64,000 nucleotides of DNA. It comes from Octopus vulgaris (Eukaryota). Of the stretch, positions 13,476-26,109 are shown piece after piece (position 1 is the stretch's first letter; every line of letters begins with the position of its first letter). The stretch spans positions 14,508,001 to 14,572,000 of the forward strand of contig OX597840.1 of assembly GCA_951406725.2 (NCBI GenBank). The letters are read 5' to 3'. The notes under the pieces are model-generated. The model was not told the DNA's origin. It ran no database searches and saw only the letters and a program-made list of their open reading frames with translations. A program made the translations under genes and the position numbers.

Positions 13476-14462
13476 CAGCAAAATGGAAACAGAATAGATG
13501 AGGAATCTCCTGAACAAACTTCACTTCTTTCAGTTCCTGAGGAAGAGACAACAGATGCTGTTGAAGAAGTATCACCAGATCTTCCGCCAAAGGAATATGA
13601 TCAAAGAAAAGCATCAACTACATCAGGACTGAGCACTTCGTCACTGTCTGAACTTATTGGGCTTTTCTTTCATAAGGGTGGCAGGCACAAGAGTGAAAAG
13701 AATCCCACCTTGCCTGACCCAAATCTACCTGGGACTAGTGGTGAGTCTTATAAAATTCGCATCAAAGAGGCAAGGGAATCGAGGAAACAAAATCGACGAC
13801 GTTCATCGCTTGCAAATTACCGTTCTTGGTGGTCTTACATAAGAACCAGGCTGCCTGAAATAGCAGCATTAAACAATGAGCAGAAGCAGAAAAAGAGTGA
13901 AAAAATGACAATGAAACAGATGTATGAGAGACGGTCTTCTTTGTTTAGCCACGATAAATCAAAATCAAAATCGAAAAATGAATTTTTCAGACGATTCTCT
14001 CTAAACACCCCTTCCACAGAAAAAGAGCGGCACGAGATGGCAGCAACAAGCTCGACAACGAACATTCATCAAATTGTTGGCAGCTTTAAACAGAGGTTCC
14101 ATTCACGGGACAATCCTTTGCATTCCAGGGCAAATGCATACTCTAAACAAAGGGAAAGACAAAGAAAGAGGAAATGCAGGGAGCAAAACAAACGAAAAAT
14201 GTACACCGGCAATTCACAGGTAACTCGCTCCAGGTCACCCTCATTTACTGTACCTCAAAAGTCTTCCAAACATTCTCACAAAAGTAAGAAACGAAACCCG
14301 GCCTTCGCCAGTATCGATCAGGAAGCAGCTTATGTCAGTCTTATAACGCGACGCCGGAAACTGGAACAAATGCGCAGGAGATATATGCAAGATGTAGCAA
14401 TGAGGAAGGAAATGGGGGGATTTGATAGTGACCCTCAGATCCCTGCAGATGTTGAACTATGA
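13476..14462 (+). CDS. terminal coding exon (~328 aa) of an unidentified gene; basic, Ser-rich, probably disordered C-terminal region
   Basis: Only long non-repetitive ORF in the window. Preceded by a pyrimidine tract and acceptor (ctaatctttttacag|CAG), phase 0. Protein-like composition, stop TGA at 14460-14462. The TTG start in the ORF track lies in the intron. Confidence 0.85.
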   Translation, partial: QQNGNRIDEESPEQTSLLSVPEEETTDAVEEVSPDLPPKEYDQRKASTTSGLSTSSLSELIGLFFHKGGRHKSEKNPTLPDPNLPGTSGESYKIRIKEARESRKQNRRRSSLANYRSWWSYIRTRLPEIAALNNEQKQKKSEKMTMKQMYERRSSLFSHDKSKSKSKNEFFRRFSLNTPSTEKERHEMAATSSTTNIHQIVGSFKQRFHSRDNPLHSRANAYSKQRERQRKRKCREQNKRKMYTGNSQVTRSRSPSFTVPQKSSKHSHKSKKRNPAFASIDQEAAYVSLITRRRKLEQMRRRYMQDVAMRKEMGGFDSDPQIPADVEL

Positions 14463-15209
14463 TAAATATTGTCTCAAGTATATAGTTAGTGGGTGCTACT
14501 GAGTCAGGACCCTTACAAAGAAAGGAGCCAGGAAATATAGTCAAGTCCGATACAAATATCACACTACACATAGCAAGGATATCCACAATTTAATTAATTA
14601 TATAATGATATTGATTTAATAGTAACATGGTGGAGATATCTAGAGTGTAGTAAACAACTTGTTAAGTATATTGTAGAAATGGGGGAGAGAATTTAATATG
14701 ATGGTGATATCAACTACAGAATGCTATGAGAACACCCTACAATGCTGATATAATATGTAATCCCACAACAATAACATCAACAACATTGAACAACAACAAT
14801 AACAACATTGGTATTGTAGAAAGAGATGAGTAATATGGAATGTCATAATTTTATTATATCTGAAGTATGACAATGTAAGACAGATAACGTTTTGGTGAGA
14901 TCCAGCATTTAGAAACAAGATGATGTATCACAGAGTATGTTAATTCAGTAATATCATATCCATAAAGGAGCAGATTTATTGAAAATAGTGGGAAAAGATG
15001 GTGATCTTGAGACTAGGGCTGAATTGTGGTGATATCCAAAATGTAATACAAATACAAGAAAGATATCCTTGATTGTAGGGTATTCATGTAGAATAACATG
15101 TTAATATCCATAATTTAGTACTATACTGGAGATGTGTTGTAAATGTTGTTACAGTGTGGTTATGATGATAATAATATTAATAATAATAATATTACTTAAT
15201 ATTATTATT

Positions 15210-16815
15210 ACTTCTACTCTAGGCACAAGGCCTTGAAAATTTTGAGGGAAGAGAACTAGTCGATTATATTGAATTAGTGTATAATTGGTACTTATTCCAT
15301 CGACCCTGAAAGGATGAAAGGCAAAGTTGACCTCAATGGCATTTGAACTCAGAATGTAAAGACAGACTAAATACCGCTGGGCATTTTGCCCAGCATGCTA
15401 ATGACTCTGCCAGCTTGCTGCCTTAAATAATGATAATAATAATAATAATCCTTTCAACTATAGGCACAAGGCCTGATATTTGGGGGGAGAGGGGGAGTTG
15501 ATTACATCGACCCAGTGTTTCACTGGTACTTATTTAATTGACCCCAAAAGGATGAAAGGCAAAGTCGACCTCGGTGGAATTTGAACTCAGAATGTAGTGG
15601 CAGATGAAATACTCCTAAGCATTTCACCCAGCGTGCTAATGATTCTGCCAGCTCACCGACTTAATAATAATAATAATGATAATAATAATAATAATAATAA
15701 CCCTTTCTACTAAAGGCACAAGGCCTGAAATTTGGTGGGAGGGGGCTAGTCGATTACATCAACACCAGTGTTCAACTGGTACTTATTTCATCGAACCCGA
15801 AAGGATGAAAGGCAAAGTGACCTTGGCAGAATTTGAACTCACAGCATAAAGCAAAAAGAAATACCACTCAGCATTTTGTCCAATATGCCAATGATTCTGC
15901 AACAGCAACAACAATGATTTTTACACAAAGCCAGAAATTTAATGAGAGGGGGTAAGTCAATTACATTGACCCCAGTGCTCAACTGGTAGTTATTTCATTG
16001 ACCCCAAATGGATAAAAGGCAAGGCTGACCTCAGTGGAATTTGAACTCAGAACATAGAGAGCCAGAAGAAATGCCACTAATCATTTCATCCCACTTGCAA
16101 ACAGTTCAACCAGCTCATCCTTTCATAATAATAATAATCCTTTCTACTAAAGGCACAAGGCCTGACATTTGGGGTGAGGAGGAACAGTCAATTACATTGA
16201 CCCCAGTATTTGACCAGTACTTATTTCATTGACCCCAAAGGGATGAAAGTCGACCTCGGTGGAATTTGAACTCAGAATGTAGCAGCAGATGAAATACTGC
16301 TAAGCATTTCATGCTAATGATTCTGCCAGCTTACTGCCTTAAATCCTCCTCCTCCTCATCATCATCATTGTTTAACGTCCATTTTCCATGCTAGCATGGG
16401 TTGGACGGTTTGACCAGGGTCTGGGATGCCAGGAGGCTGCACAAGACTCCAGTCTGATCTGGCAGTGTTTCTACAGCTGTATGCCCTTCCTAACGCCAAC
16501 CACTCTGTGAGTGTAGTGGGTGCTTTTTACATGCCATCGGCACAGGTGCCAAGGGAGGCTGGCAACGGCCAATAATAATAACAATAATAATAATAATAAC
16601 AATAATAACAACCCTTTCTACTGGAAGCACAAGGCCTGAAAATTGAATCGAATACATTGAACCCCAGTGCATACCTGGTACTTATTTAATTGACCCTGAA
16701 AGGATGGAAGGCAAAGTCAACCTTGGCAGAATTTGAACTCGGAATGTAGCAGTAGATGAAATACCACCAAGCATTTCACCTGGCATGTTAATGATTTTGC
16801 CAGCCCGCTGCCTTA
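15210..16815 (-). mobile_element. head-to-tail array of about six Nin-like SINEs separated by (AAT)n
   Basis: Units near 15210, 15450, 15700, 15925, 16135 and 16612, each with ggcacaaggcc...ccccag...ggtacttattt...gaactcag...gattctgccagc. An RTE 3' end is inserted at 16355-16570. Confidence 0.88.
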
Positions 16816-16843
16816 AATAACAACAACAATGATGATAATAATA

Positions 16844-16895
<52 letters not shown>

Positions 16896-16976
16896 TAATA
16901 ATAATAAGGATATGAATACGGTAGAAACAGGATAAAGCTATCTATAATTTAGTTACAATATAAATATAACATCATA

Positions 16977-17380
16977 GGCATAGGAATGGCTGTGTGGTAA
17001 GTAGCTTGCTTACCAACCACATGGTCCCGGGTTCAGTCCCACTGCATGGCACCTTGAGCAAGTGTCTTTTACTATAGCCTCAGGCCGACCAAAGCCTTGT
17101 GAGTGGATTTGGTAGACGGAGACTGAAAGAAGTCTGTCGTGTATATATATGTATGTATGTATGTGTGTGTGTATATGTTTGTGTGTCTGTTTGTCCCCCC
17201 AGCATCGCTTGACAACCGATGCTGGTGTGTTTACGTCCCCGTAACTTAGCAGCTCGACAAAAGAGACCAATAGAATAAGTACTAGGCTTACAAAGAATAA
17301 GCTCTGGGGTCGATTTGCCCAACTAAAGGCAGTGCTCCAACATTGCTACAGTCAAATGACTGAAACAAGTAAAAGAGTAA
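16977..17380 (+). mobile_element. CORE-like tRNA SINE (family B), near full length
   Basis: A box tggctgtgtgg, B box gggttcagtccc, CORE-like motif and complete tail. Confidence 0.9.
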
Positions 17381-18049
17381 ACCTTTTGAATCTGGTCACA
17401 TGGTGGTGATACCCTGGATATAACAATATGGAGATAATATTTACCATTTGATATCAACATGATAATTATATATTGAAAAAAAAATAGCAATAATAACAAT
17501 GTTATGATATCTTGAATTTATTGAATGATGGCTTTACTATAGTAACTCCATCCTCAGTGATTTACATCGTCCTTTCAAGCAGGTATGGGTTGGATCATGG
17601 CACACCGTCGATTACGACGATGAGGGTTCTAGTTGATCCAATCAACATAACAGCCTGCTCGTGAAATTAACGTGTAAGTGGCTGAGCACTCCACAGACAC
17701 AATAGCTAAGCACTCCACAGGAACTGGTGAATCACGGAACTGTGCTAGGCTCCAATGTCTGCTTTGCCATGGTTTTTGTTGCTAAATTCCTAAATCCCCT
17801 TCCTAATGCCAACTACTTTGCAGAGTGTACTGGGTTCTTTTTACATGCAGCTGGCACTAGTGAGGACATCAAGTAAATTGCACGATGAGATCCTTCAACT
17901 AAGAGGGGTGGGGACAGGGACTGTAATATTGGGGGATGTGGTTTTGTGACAGGTGACAGGAGGTAAGAATACTATATCCTTCCTCCGCAAAAAAATTAAG
18001 GACTTACATCCCCTTTGGATATGATCTTTTAGACATGATATCTAAAGTA

Positions 18050-18282
18050 AAGGCGGCGAGCTGGCAGAAACGTTAGCACGCCAGGCGAAATGCTTAGTGG
18101 TATTTTGTCTGCTGTTACGTTCTGAGTTCAAATTCCACCGAGGTTGACTTTGCTTTTCATCGTTTTGGGGTCAATGAATCAAGTACCAGTTACGCACTGG
18201 GGTCGATGCAATTGACTTAATCCCTTTGTTTATCTTTATTTGTCCCCTCTTTGTTTAGCACCTTCTGAGCAATAAAGAAATA
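18050..18282 (+). mobile_element. Nin-like SINE (family C)
   Basis: aaggcggcgagctggcagaa...gagttcaaattcc...aataaagaaata. Confidence 0.85.
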
Positions 18283-19279
18283 AAAATATGATAAGGGGGT
18301 GCAGGATCAAGTGTTTTGTAGTAGAAGAGATATGTGGCAACACCAGGGGTGAAGATGTACCAGAGTGTACTGTCAAGTTACAGGAAGGTAAATATAAGAA
18401 AAAATGGTCCAGAGGAAACACACACACACACACACACACACACAGATAGATAAATAGATAGTTATAATTAGCTAGTAACTTTTTTGTAACTTTTCTGATG
18501 TCCTTTTAAATTTCCCAAGTGCTTATTACTCTCATCGGTTTTTTCCCCTTATTTTCATTTTTATTTAAACCCTTCTCTCTTTCTCTTCTTTCCTTCCCCT
18601 TCTCACTTTCTTCATACCTGCACCACTCACCTGCTCTACCTGTTTTTGCTTGTTATTCACGAATTGTTTTAATTATTTTTGTTTCAATTTTCTTAATACT
18701 AAAGTGAAACAGCCTATTTTGTATTTATTTAGAGTCATGCCCCTTATAATATTCATATTCCAACAGGTGATAACCAGAAGTCTTTTGCAAATTTTTCTAA
18801 TATGCCAGTTTGATTTGGAAAACTTGAATAATAAATGCTTAATTAATTGCATAATTAAGAAGGAAACTCAGAGTAATCATGTGTATTTCATAAAAGTTTG
18901 TATTAATTTCTACTTAGTTATTGAGTACTCTACTTGTGTTCATGTGTTCAATCATTATGTACTCTGCTGCCACTTGTGTACCCTTAAGAGATCATACAAG
19001 ATTTGTGAAATATTAAACTACACAACATTGTAGAGCAAACTGTTATATCTATTATGGATTTTTATAACTTGGTTGACTTATCAAACACCTCTGCACCCTT
19101 TGTGTGCTGGAGAAAGAAGAGGATCTAGTTAAACACATGTGAAAGAAAGTCTCCTCCTATGACTCTGAAGTACCAAAGTGTCACCACTATGATATCAAGA
19201 TACAAAGGAACTATATCCTTCCTCCTCTGCAAAAAAATTCAGGACTTACAACTCGTTGGATATGATGTTTTAGACATAT

Positions 19280-19853
19280 CTAAGGTAAAATGTTATAAGC
19301 ATTTTGACCCCCAATTACAGTTGTTGATACTCTACAAAGTTCAGGTGGATCCTACGATGGAATAGTTACTTCACATCCTGATCGGTGCCGCTGCTGCGTA
19401 AACAGACATCCAAGAATTCATCCAGAAAAAGGTCACTTGACTCCTTGCTATAAATATGCTCACAGACACTCTTCACTCTCAGGCTGGCTCACAACTGCAT
19501 TGTCTCCTCTCTCTACCTTTTCTGCCACTATTATATTGGCCGCTGCCCCTCAGGGCTTGCTAGGCTCACACCATCTCCACTTTGGTAATCTCAACCTATT
19601 TCTTTCTCTTCCTCCCGTCACTCATGTCCTATCCCCTAAACCTCACACTAATTATTACTCTCAGTCCTTCCTTTCCAAAACATTGTCCCTATGGAACTAC
19701 GCGACCGGCCCCGCTCATATATTCCCCACAGGTGTTGACTTGTAGTAGTTTAAGTGGAACATTAATGGCATCATTTCAACAATGTTGGACAGCCTGTAAG
19801 GACCGTAGGCATTGATTCTTCACCCAGAGCCAGTAAGCAAAAGAAAAAAAAAA
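19280..19853 (+). mobile_element. decayed CR1/Jockey-like LINE 3' end with A-rich tail
   Basis: Peptide HTNYYSQSFLSKTLSLWN resembles the YxxSFFPRTxxLWN C-terminal motif of non-LTR RT ORFs; ends in aaaagaaaaaaaaaa. Confidence 0.6.
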
Positions 19854-19869
19854 TCTATTTCTTGATAAA

Positions 19870-20960
19870 AGTTTTACCAGGGTAAATTCAAATCCATTTG
19901 ATTCTTCAAGTGCATGTAAGCATGAAGGCATACAACAATATAGATATATGTGAAATTATGGGATTATTTCCCTGAGTTGTATTAAACAAGAGATTTACCA
20001 CCATAAAATTTTCCACAGTATAGAGAGATAATTGATTTATATCCCAATATATCAACAGACATATTGAAGACACGTTCTAAACAGCTTTATTGATACTTTT
20101 GATACATTTTGCCTAAAATGATCATTGCAAAATATTTAACCATCACTAATTTCTTAGACATTGCCGTTGATTGCATATTTATACAGGATCCTGAACAAAC
20201 TTAATAAAAGACTTATTTTAAGATAGGCACTTGTTCTCAATTAACTGTTTTGGAAATACCTAATCAGTGACATTATCAGGAGTATATTTAATTTGTCATT
20301 CAATATCTTAATAATGTGGAACTTAAAGTTCTCAAAGATTCTGACTAAATCCCCCCCACTTTCTACCCCAAAATTAAAAAGTGGTTCAGAAAAATTATCT
20401 AGTTTACACCGATTTTTAATTAAATATTAAATATTGTCATGAACTTTTTAACCTTGATCAGTAAGTATTTTCACATTAACTATAAATGCAGGAAATTATT
20501 CAGTAGAAATAAGCTTAAATTAAGTTACAGTTGCACTACGTGTATGACGAGTGACCCAAATCAATTGAGGCAATAACACATGTAGAAGTATCAACACTAT
20601 TCACTTAATGTGTTTTATAATACTGAGGTAGTTATAGATGAAGCAGAAGTCAACTGTACATTACCAATCTTTGAAGTATTGCAAAAAACTACATACATAT
20701 GAGAGAAGGAAAATTCAAATAAAGATACATTTTAATCATACTTTTTCAATTACACACTTTGTAACAGAAATTTAAAGAAATTGTCTGTTTATATTTGGCA
20801 ATTGAGAAAAACTGCAACTTCAGCATCAGCTGGAAGATTATCAAAAACAAAAACCAATGTGAGTGAAAGATGGGACCAATGTGCAGCTGAAAAGAGTTGC
20901 TTCAAAAAAAAACCATTGTAATTCTGCCAACATTTAAAACAGAATACCTACGTGTTTTTC
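19870..20960 (+). mobile_element. decayed Penelope-like retroelement ORF (RT remnant, linker, GIY-YIG endonuclease)
   Basis: Frameshifted peptides read by eye: DLYPNIS (~20035), RKII*FTP (~20390), RKLFSRNKLKLSYSC (~20490), NYIHMREGKFK*RY..NHTFS (~20690), LSVYIWQLR.NCNFSISWKII (~20780), RWDQCAAEK (~20870). They occur in the order expected for a PLE pol protein. Confidence 0.72.
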
Positions 20961-21386
20961 AAAACTTCAGTACTTTAACAAACATTTGAGGAAGCAATGG
21001 AATTTCTTCTGCCAACTGACTTATCATCCCCCTCCCTTCCTACAGAGCTGGGTTGATTTTACCCTTTCTATCTCAACACCATTAAGCCCACCATAAATTT
21101 ACATTTGATAATTGATATATGTCTGTGTGTTATATATATATATATTTATCTATTAAGCCTTGTGTTCATTATAATATTCATATCCTGGCAAGCATCTACT
21201 GGATATTTTTGTGTTCTTTTGAATATTGATTCAAGTAAGAAAAATTTGGAGTAACAATATATAGTCAATATCAGATTGTATTTTCTCTTTTTTCTTTTTT
21301 CATCTGTATGTGTGTGTGTGTGTAATCAATGATATTTCCTATATCCAAAAATGAAGCAAACACTAAAGCATTAGAGTAATAATATA

Positions 21387-21526
21387 TTTTTAGAAAGTTA
21401 AACATTACGGCCGGTCATAGAGCGACCATTGGTTTCACACATATAAAGCGCTTTTCTGTTAAGTGCTTTACAGGTGTGAAACCAATGGTTGCTCAGTGAC
21501 CAGCCATAGCATTTAATTTCTTAAAA
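21387..21526. repeat. ~140-bp hairpin of two head-to-head truncated repeats carrying the 3' half of an HHR
   Basis: Arms are reverse complements; each reads outward ...GTGT GAAA CCAATGG T(C/T) GCTC. Confidence 0.65.
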
Positions 21527-21675
21527 AGAATATTTATGTATGTATGTGTATATGTATATATGTGTATATATATATATATATATAAAGGGAAAGTTTACGA
21601 AAATAAACAAAAGACGAAGGCAGGTGGAGTACAAACAAACAAATGTATTAGTATAGCACTCAGGAATAGAAAAAG

Positions 21676-21713
21676 TCTTTTACGTTTCGAGCCTACGCTC
21701 TCTGACAGAAAGA
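21676..21713 (-). ncRNA. minimal type-I hammerhead-like motif with degenerate core
   Basis: Minus strand: TCTTT CTGTCAGA GAGC GTAG GCTC GAAA CG TA AAAGA. Stem I TCTTT/AAAGA, stem II GAGC/GCTC, GUA site. Confidence 0.6.
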
Positions 21714-22115
21714 TACACAGAAAAAAACAAGGAGAGAAAAAATGCGTGTAGGAGCTATCTGTAGCTATCATGGCGTCCTGACTTTGGAGAATGGTCAGAC
21801 ATGAGAGGGACAGTAGGGGAGATAACAAGGTCAAATGACTATATATATATATATATATATATATAGTCTATCAGTAGCCAGTTGCACGCCAGAGTTTCAA
21901 GGAAATTGCACATAGTGATATCTTATTGACATTTGCTTCCACAACAGTGACAAAATTCTATTGAAAATTACTTTGTTTAAATTCCTGTATACAAGCACAG
22001 TAGTTGCTACTTATGCAAAATGTGTGTGTGCGTGTATGTGAATAAATGTCTATATATGTGTGCATGTATATGTGTATGTATATTTATATATATATGTGTG
22101 TATTTATATATATAT

Positions 22116-22488
22116 GGAGGCGCAATGGCCCAGTGGTTAGATCAGTGGACTTGTGGTCATAGGATTGCTGTTTTGATTCCCAGACCGGAAATTGTGAGTG
22201 TTTACTGAGCAAAAACACCTAAAGCTCCCACGAGGTTCCAGAAGTGGGGTGGGATGGCGAACCCTGCTGTACTCGTTCACCACAACTTTCTCTCACTCTT
22301 TCTTCCTGTTTCTGTTGTACCTGTATTTCAAAGGGCCAGCTTTGTCACACTGAATCTCCCCGAAAACTACCTTAAGGGTACACGTGCCTGTGGAGCGCTC
22401 AGCCACTTGCACATTAATTTCATGAGCAAACTGTTTTGTTGATTGGATCAACTGGAATCCCTCATTGTCATTACCGACAGAGTGCCGC
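22116..22488 (+). mobile_element. tRNA SINE family A (tail type 2)
   Basis: GGAGGCGCAATGGCCCAGTGG head; tail shared with 52160-52540. Confidence 0.85.
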
Positions 22489-22548
22489 TAAATATATGTA
22501 TATATGTGTGTGTGTATATGTATATATATATATATGCATGTGTCTGTA

Positions 22549-23706
22549 TCATCATCATCGTTTAATGTCTGTTTTCCATGCTGGCATGGGTTGGACTGTT
22601 TGACTGAGGTCTGGAGAACCAACAGCTGCACCAGGCTCCAATCTGGTCTGGCAATGTTTCTACAGCTAGATGCCCTTCCTAATGCCAACCACTCCGAAAG
22701 TGTAGTGGGAGCTTTTTATGTGCCACTAGCACAGGAGGCAGTCAGGTAGGCCTGGCATTGATCACGTTCCGATAATCCTTTTTCCATGCCACCGGCAAAG
22801 GAGCAAATCGGAGGTACTGGCATCGGCCACATTCAGTTGGTACTTTTTATGCACCACCGGCATGAGAGCCAGTCAGTGGGTACTGGCATCAGCCTTGTTC
22901 GGATGGTGCTTTTTATGTACCAGCAGCACAGGAGCCAATCAGGTGAACCTGGCATTAATCACATCCGGATGGTGCTTTTTACATGCCAATTGCATGGGAG
23001 CCAGTCAGGGGGCACTGGTCACAGCTACAATATTGGTTTTACTTGACTAAACAGGTTTTCTCAAGCATATCATACGACGCATCAGGGCTACTCTTAACTG
23101 GGCCGGATATGCATGGCTGCGATCTCACTTAAGTTGCTGAGTCTTCTCAATCACAGCTTATCTCCAAAGGTCTCAGTCTCCTGTTACTGCCTCTGTGAGG
23201 CCCAATATTCGAGGTTCATGCTTCACCACACCTCATCCCATGTTTTCCTGGATCTACCTCTTCCACAGTTAGGGAGTGGCACTTCCTCATGCAGCTGCCC
23301 TCATTGATATGTAACACATGATCATACCAGAGCAGTCATCTTACACACCACATTTGATGCTTCTTATGTCCAACTTTTCTCTCAGGGCATTCACACTCTG
23401 TCGTATATACACACTGACTTTACACATCCAGTGGATCATACTAGCTTCATTTCTTTCAAGCCTATATGTGTCCTCAGCAGTCATGTTTCACTGCCATGTA
23501 GCATGGCAGTTCACACACATGCATCATACAGTCTACCTTTTATCCTGAGCGAGAGGCCCTTAGTTGCCAGCAGAGGTAGGAGCTACCTGAACTTTCCTTG
23601 GGTTATTCTTATTGTAGCCATTATACTCTCAGAGTAACCACCCCGGTACAGATTTGGTCACCTAGGTAGCAGAAGCTATTAATTACTTCTAGTTTCTCCC
23701 ACTGGC
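22549..23706 (-). mobile_element. 5'-truncated RTE LINE (end of RT ORF, 3' UTR, (GAT)n tail)
   Basis: Homologous to 58735-59960. Confidence 0.85.
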
Positions 23707-23745
23707 ATGTAATAGAATCTGTTTTCACATATGTGTGTGTGTGTG

Positions 23746-24030
23746 TAGGCGCACTGGCCCAGTGGACTCACGGTCATAGGATCATGGTTTCGATTCCCAG
23801 ACCAAGCGTTATGAGTGTTTATTGAATGAAAACACCTAAAGCTCCACGAGGCTCTGGCAGGGGATAGTGGCAATCACTGTTGTACTCTTTCGCCATAATT
23901 TTCTCTCTTTCTTCTGTTGGCCTGCTCGCTTAGGTGTGGCATCATTTGAAGGCTAAAACAATGCGAATCGCATTGTGACCAGCGATGTGTTGCAACATCT
24001 GATAGCCTGGTCAGTCACGTGATCACATGA
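23746..24030 (+). mobile_element. tRNA SINE family A (tail type 1)
   Basis: Homologous to 165-466. Confidence 0.85.
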
Positions 24031-25357
24031 TATACGTGTGTGTGTGTGTGTAAGCTCTAGATATTGTAAGATAATGCTATGGAGGGTATCTAGCCTGAGA
24101 AAATATGTCTAAAGTGGAATGTATGGACAGTATATGCCAGTCACATGGCACCAGCTTCCTGTCAGGATGAGATATGATGTGGGGGGGGGGAGTAATACCA
24201 AATATGACCTGACCCAAAGTAGTGTGTGTGTGCAAGGGGGGGGGGGTTGTAATCCTTTTTGTATGGTATGACCCCTTTCCTGTCAGTGAGACAGTAAAAT
24301 GGTGTCACTTCACCCTGTGAGAACAAACCATAACAAGGTCAGGTGGGTTTTTTTCTGTTGTTGTGTGTAAGATGGCACAGACTGTGACATGCTGCCTAAC
24401 AGCTCCTGTCAGCATGGAGAGAAAATACTGATGATGATGACAACAATGATGATGACGACCATTACAATGGCGGTTGATTTTATTATTCATTCCAAGCCGT
24501 AGAATATGTCAGCTCATCCAGTACCATCATATCCTAGGATTTGGTAAGAAAGATTTTGCAGAATGCTAAATTAAGACGAGATGGTTGTAGTAATAGCAGT
24601 GGTGGCTGCGATGGTGGTGGTGGTGGTGGTGGTTGTGGTGCTGGTGGCGGTGGCAGTTGTGACGACAACAGCAGTAGCAGCAGTCATGGTGGCAGTGATG
24701 GTGATGACGTTGGGGTTTCATTCAGTTGAACAATGATGGAACCCTGAGTATAACAGTAACCTGGCAAATAATCAAGAATATTGTAAATATCAGGGTTAGG
24801 ATACCCTGAATGTAATAATATGGTGTTGATATTCAGGGTATATATGATATGCCGTTGACAGTAAGAGTGTACATGTAATCTGGTGTTGATAATGAGGGTA
24901 CTGTAAAATGAGGAAAAGGCTATCTCCATTGTAAGAATATATTTACAATATTTCAAATATTAATACCTTAAATGTTGTTATTCAGAATACATTGATAACA
25001 ATATTTCCTATGCCTATATATGTATGCATACATATATATATATATATACATGTATGTGTGTGTGTATATGTATATATATATATATATATATATGTGTATA
25101 TATATATATATATGTGTATATATATATATATATGTATGTGTGTGTATATATAAATATGTATATATATATAAATATATGTGTATATATATATATATATGTA
25201 TGTGTGTGTATATATAAATATGTATATATATATAAATATATGTATATATGTGTATATATACATATGTATATATATATATATATATATATATGTACATATG
25301 TATATATATATGTATGTGTATATATATACATATGTATATATATACATATATATATAT

Positions 25358-25405
<48 letters not shown>

Positions 25406-25613
25406 CCATATGCACACATAAATATGTATGCTTCCATGCACATACTCTCTTTCTTTTCCCCATCTCTCTCTCATGCACACGCAAAAGGCCGTGAATTATT
25501 AGATATATCGAAGTATATGGTTGATAAAGTGACATGATATCATGGCAAATTATAGATTGATATCTTATTTACGACATATGGTGGCCGTGGATCCATAATT
25601 TGCCTGTGAAATA

Positions 25614-25755
25614 TTACTGCCTGAAACCCATCATCCGAACTAGTTTATCTAACGACCAATATATCTTCATGACTTCGCTTGCCATACACCACATATAGTC
25701 TATGAGATCCTGTGACGGATATTCATTGGATATCGAATCAATAATGTGATATTCT
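25614..25755 (-). CDS. candidate terminal coding exon (xEYHIIDSISNEYPSQDLIDYMWCMASEVMKIYWSLDKLVRMMGFRQ*)
   Basis: Acceptor atttatatcacag| followed by a single open frame of 46 codons to TAA, in unique CpG-containing sequence. Confidence 0.3.
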
Positions 25756-26109
25756 CTGTGATATAAATGTGTGTCTTCGGTGGGTGGGGGTGTCTGTATG
25801 TGTGTATGAGTTTTGTAAACCTTTGGGTCTTGGAGGTTCTCTCTGTGTAAAACATTGTCAATGTGGAATGCACCAGTTAAGTTAATCGAGTGGAGACTTA
25901 GCTTCGATTTTCAAAACCATATGGATCTATATGACCTTCCAGTGTTCGATTTCTGCTTGCCATAAGGTTATGTGTTGTGTTATGGTTATTATTTAACCCA
26001 AGGTCAGCCAGTCCTTAATGAGAAGATTTATGTCCATAAGGCAATTCAACCATGTTTACCCTGTCTTTCTTCCAAATCACAAACGTCCATTAAACAAGCA
26101 CACACTTCT

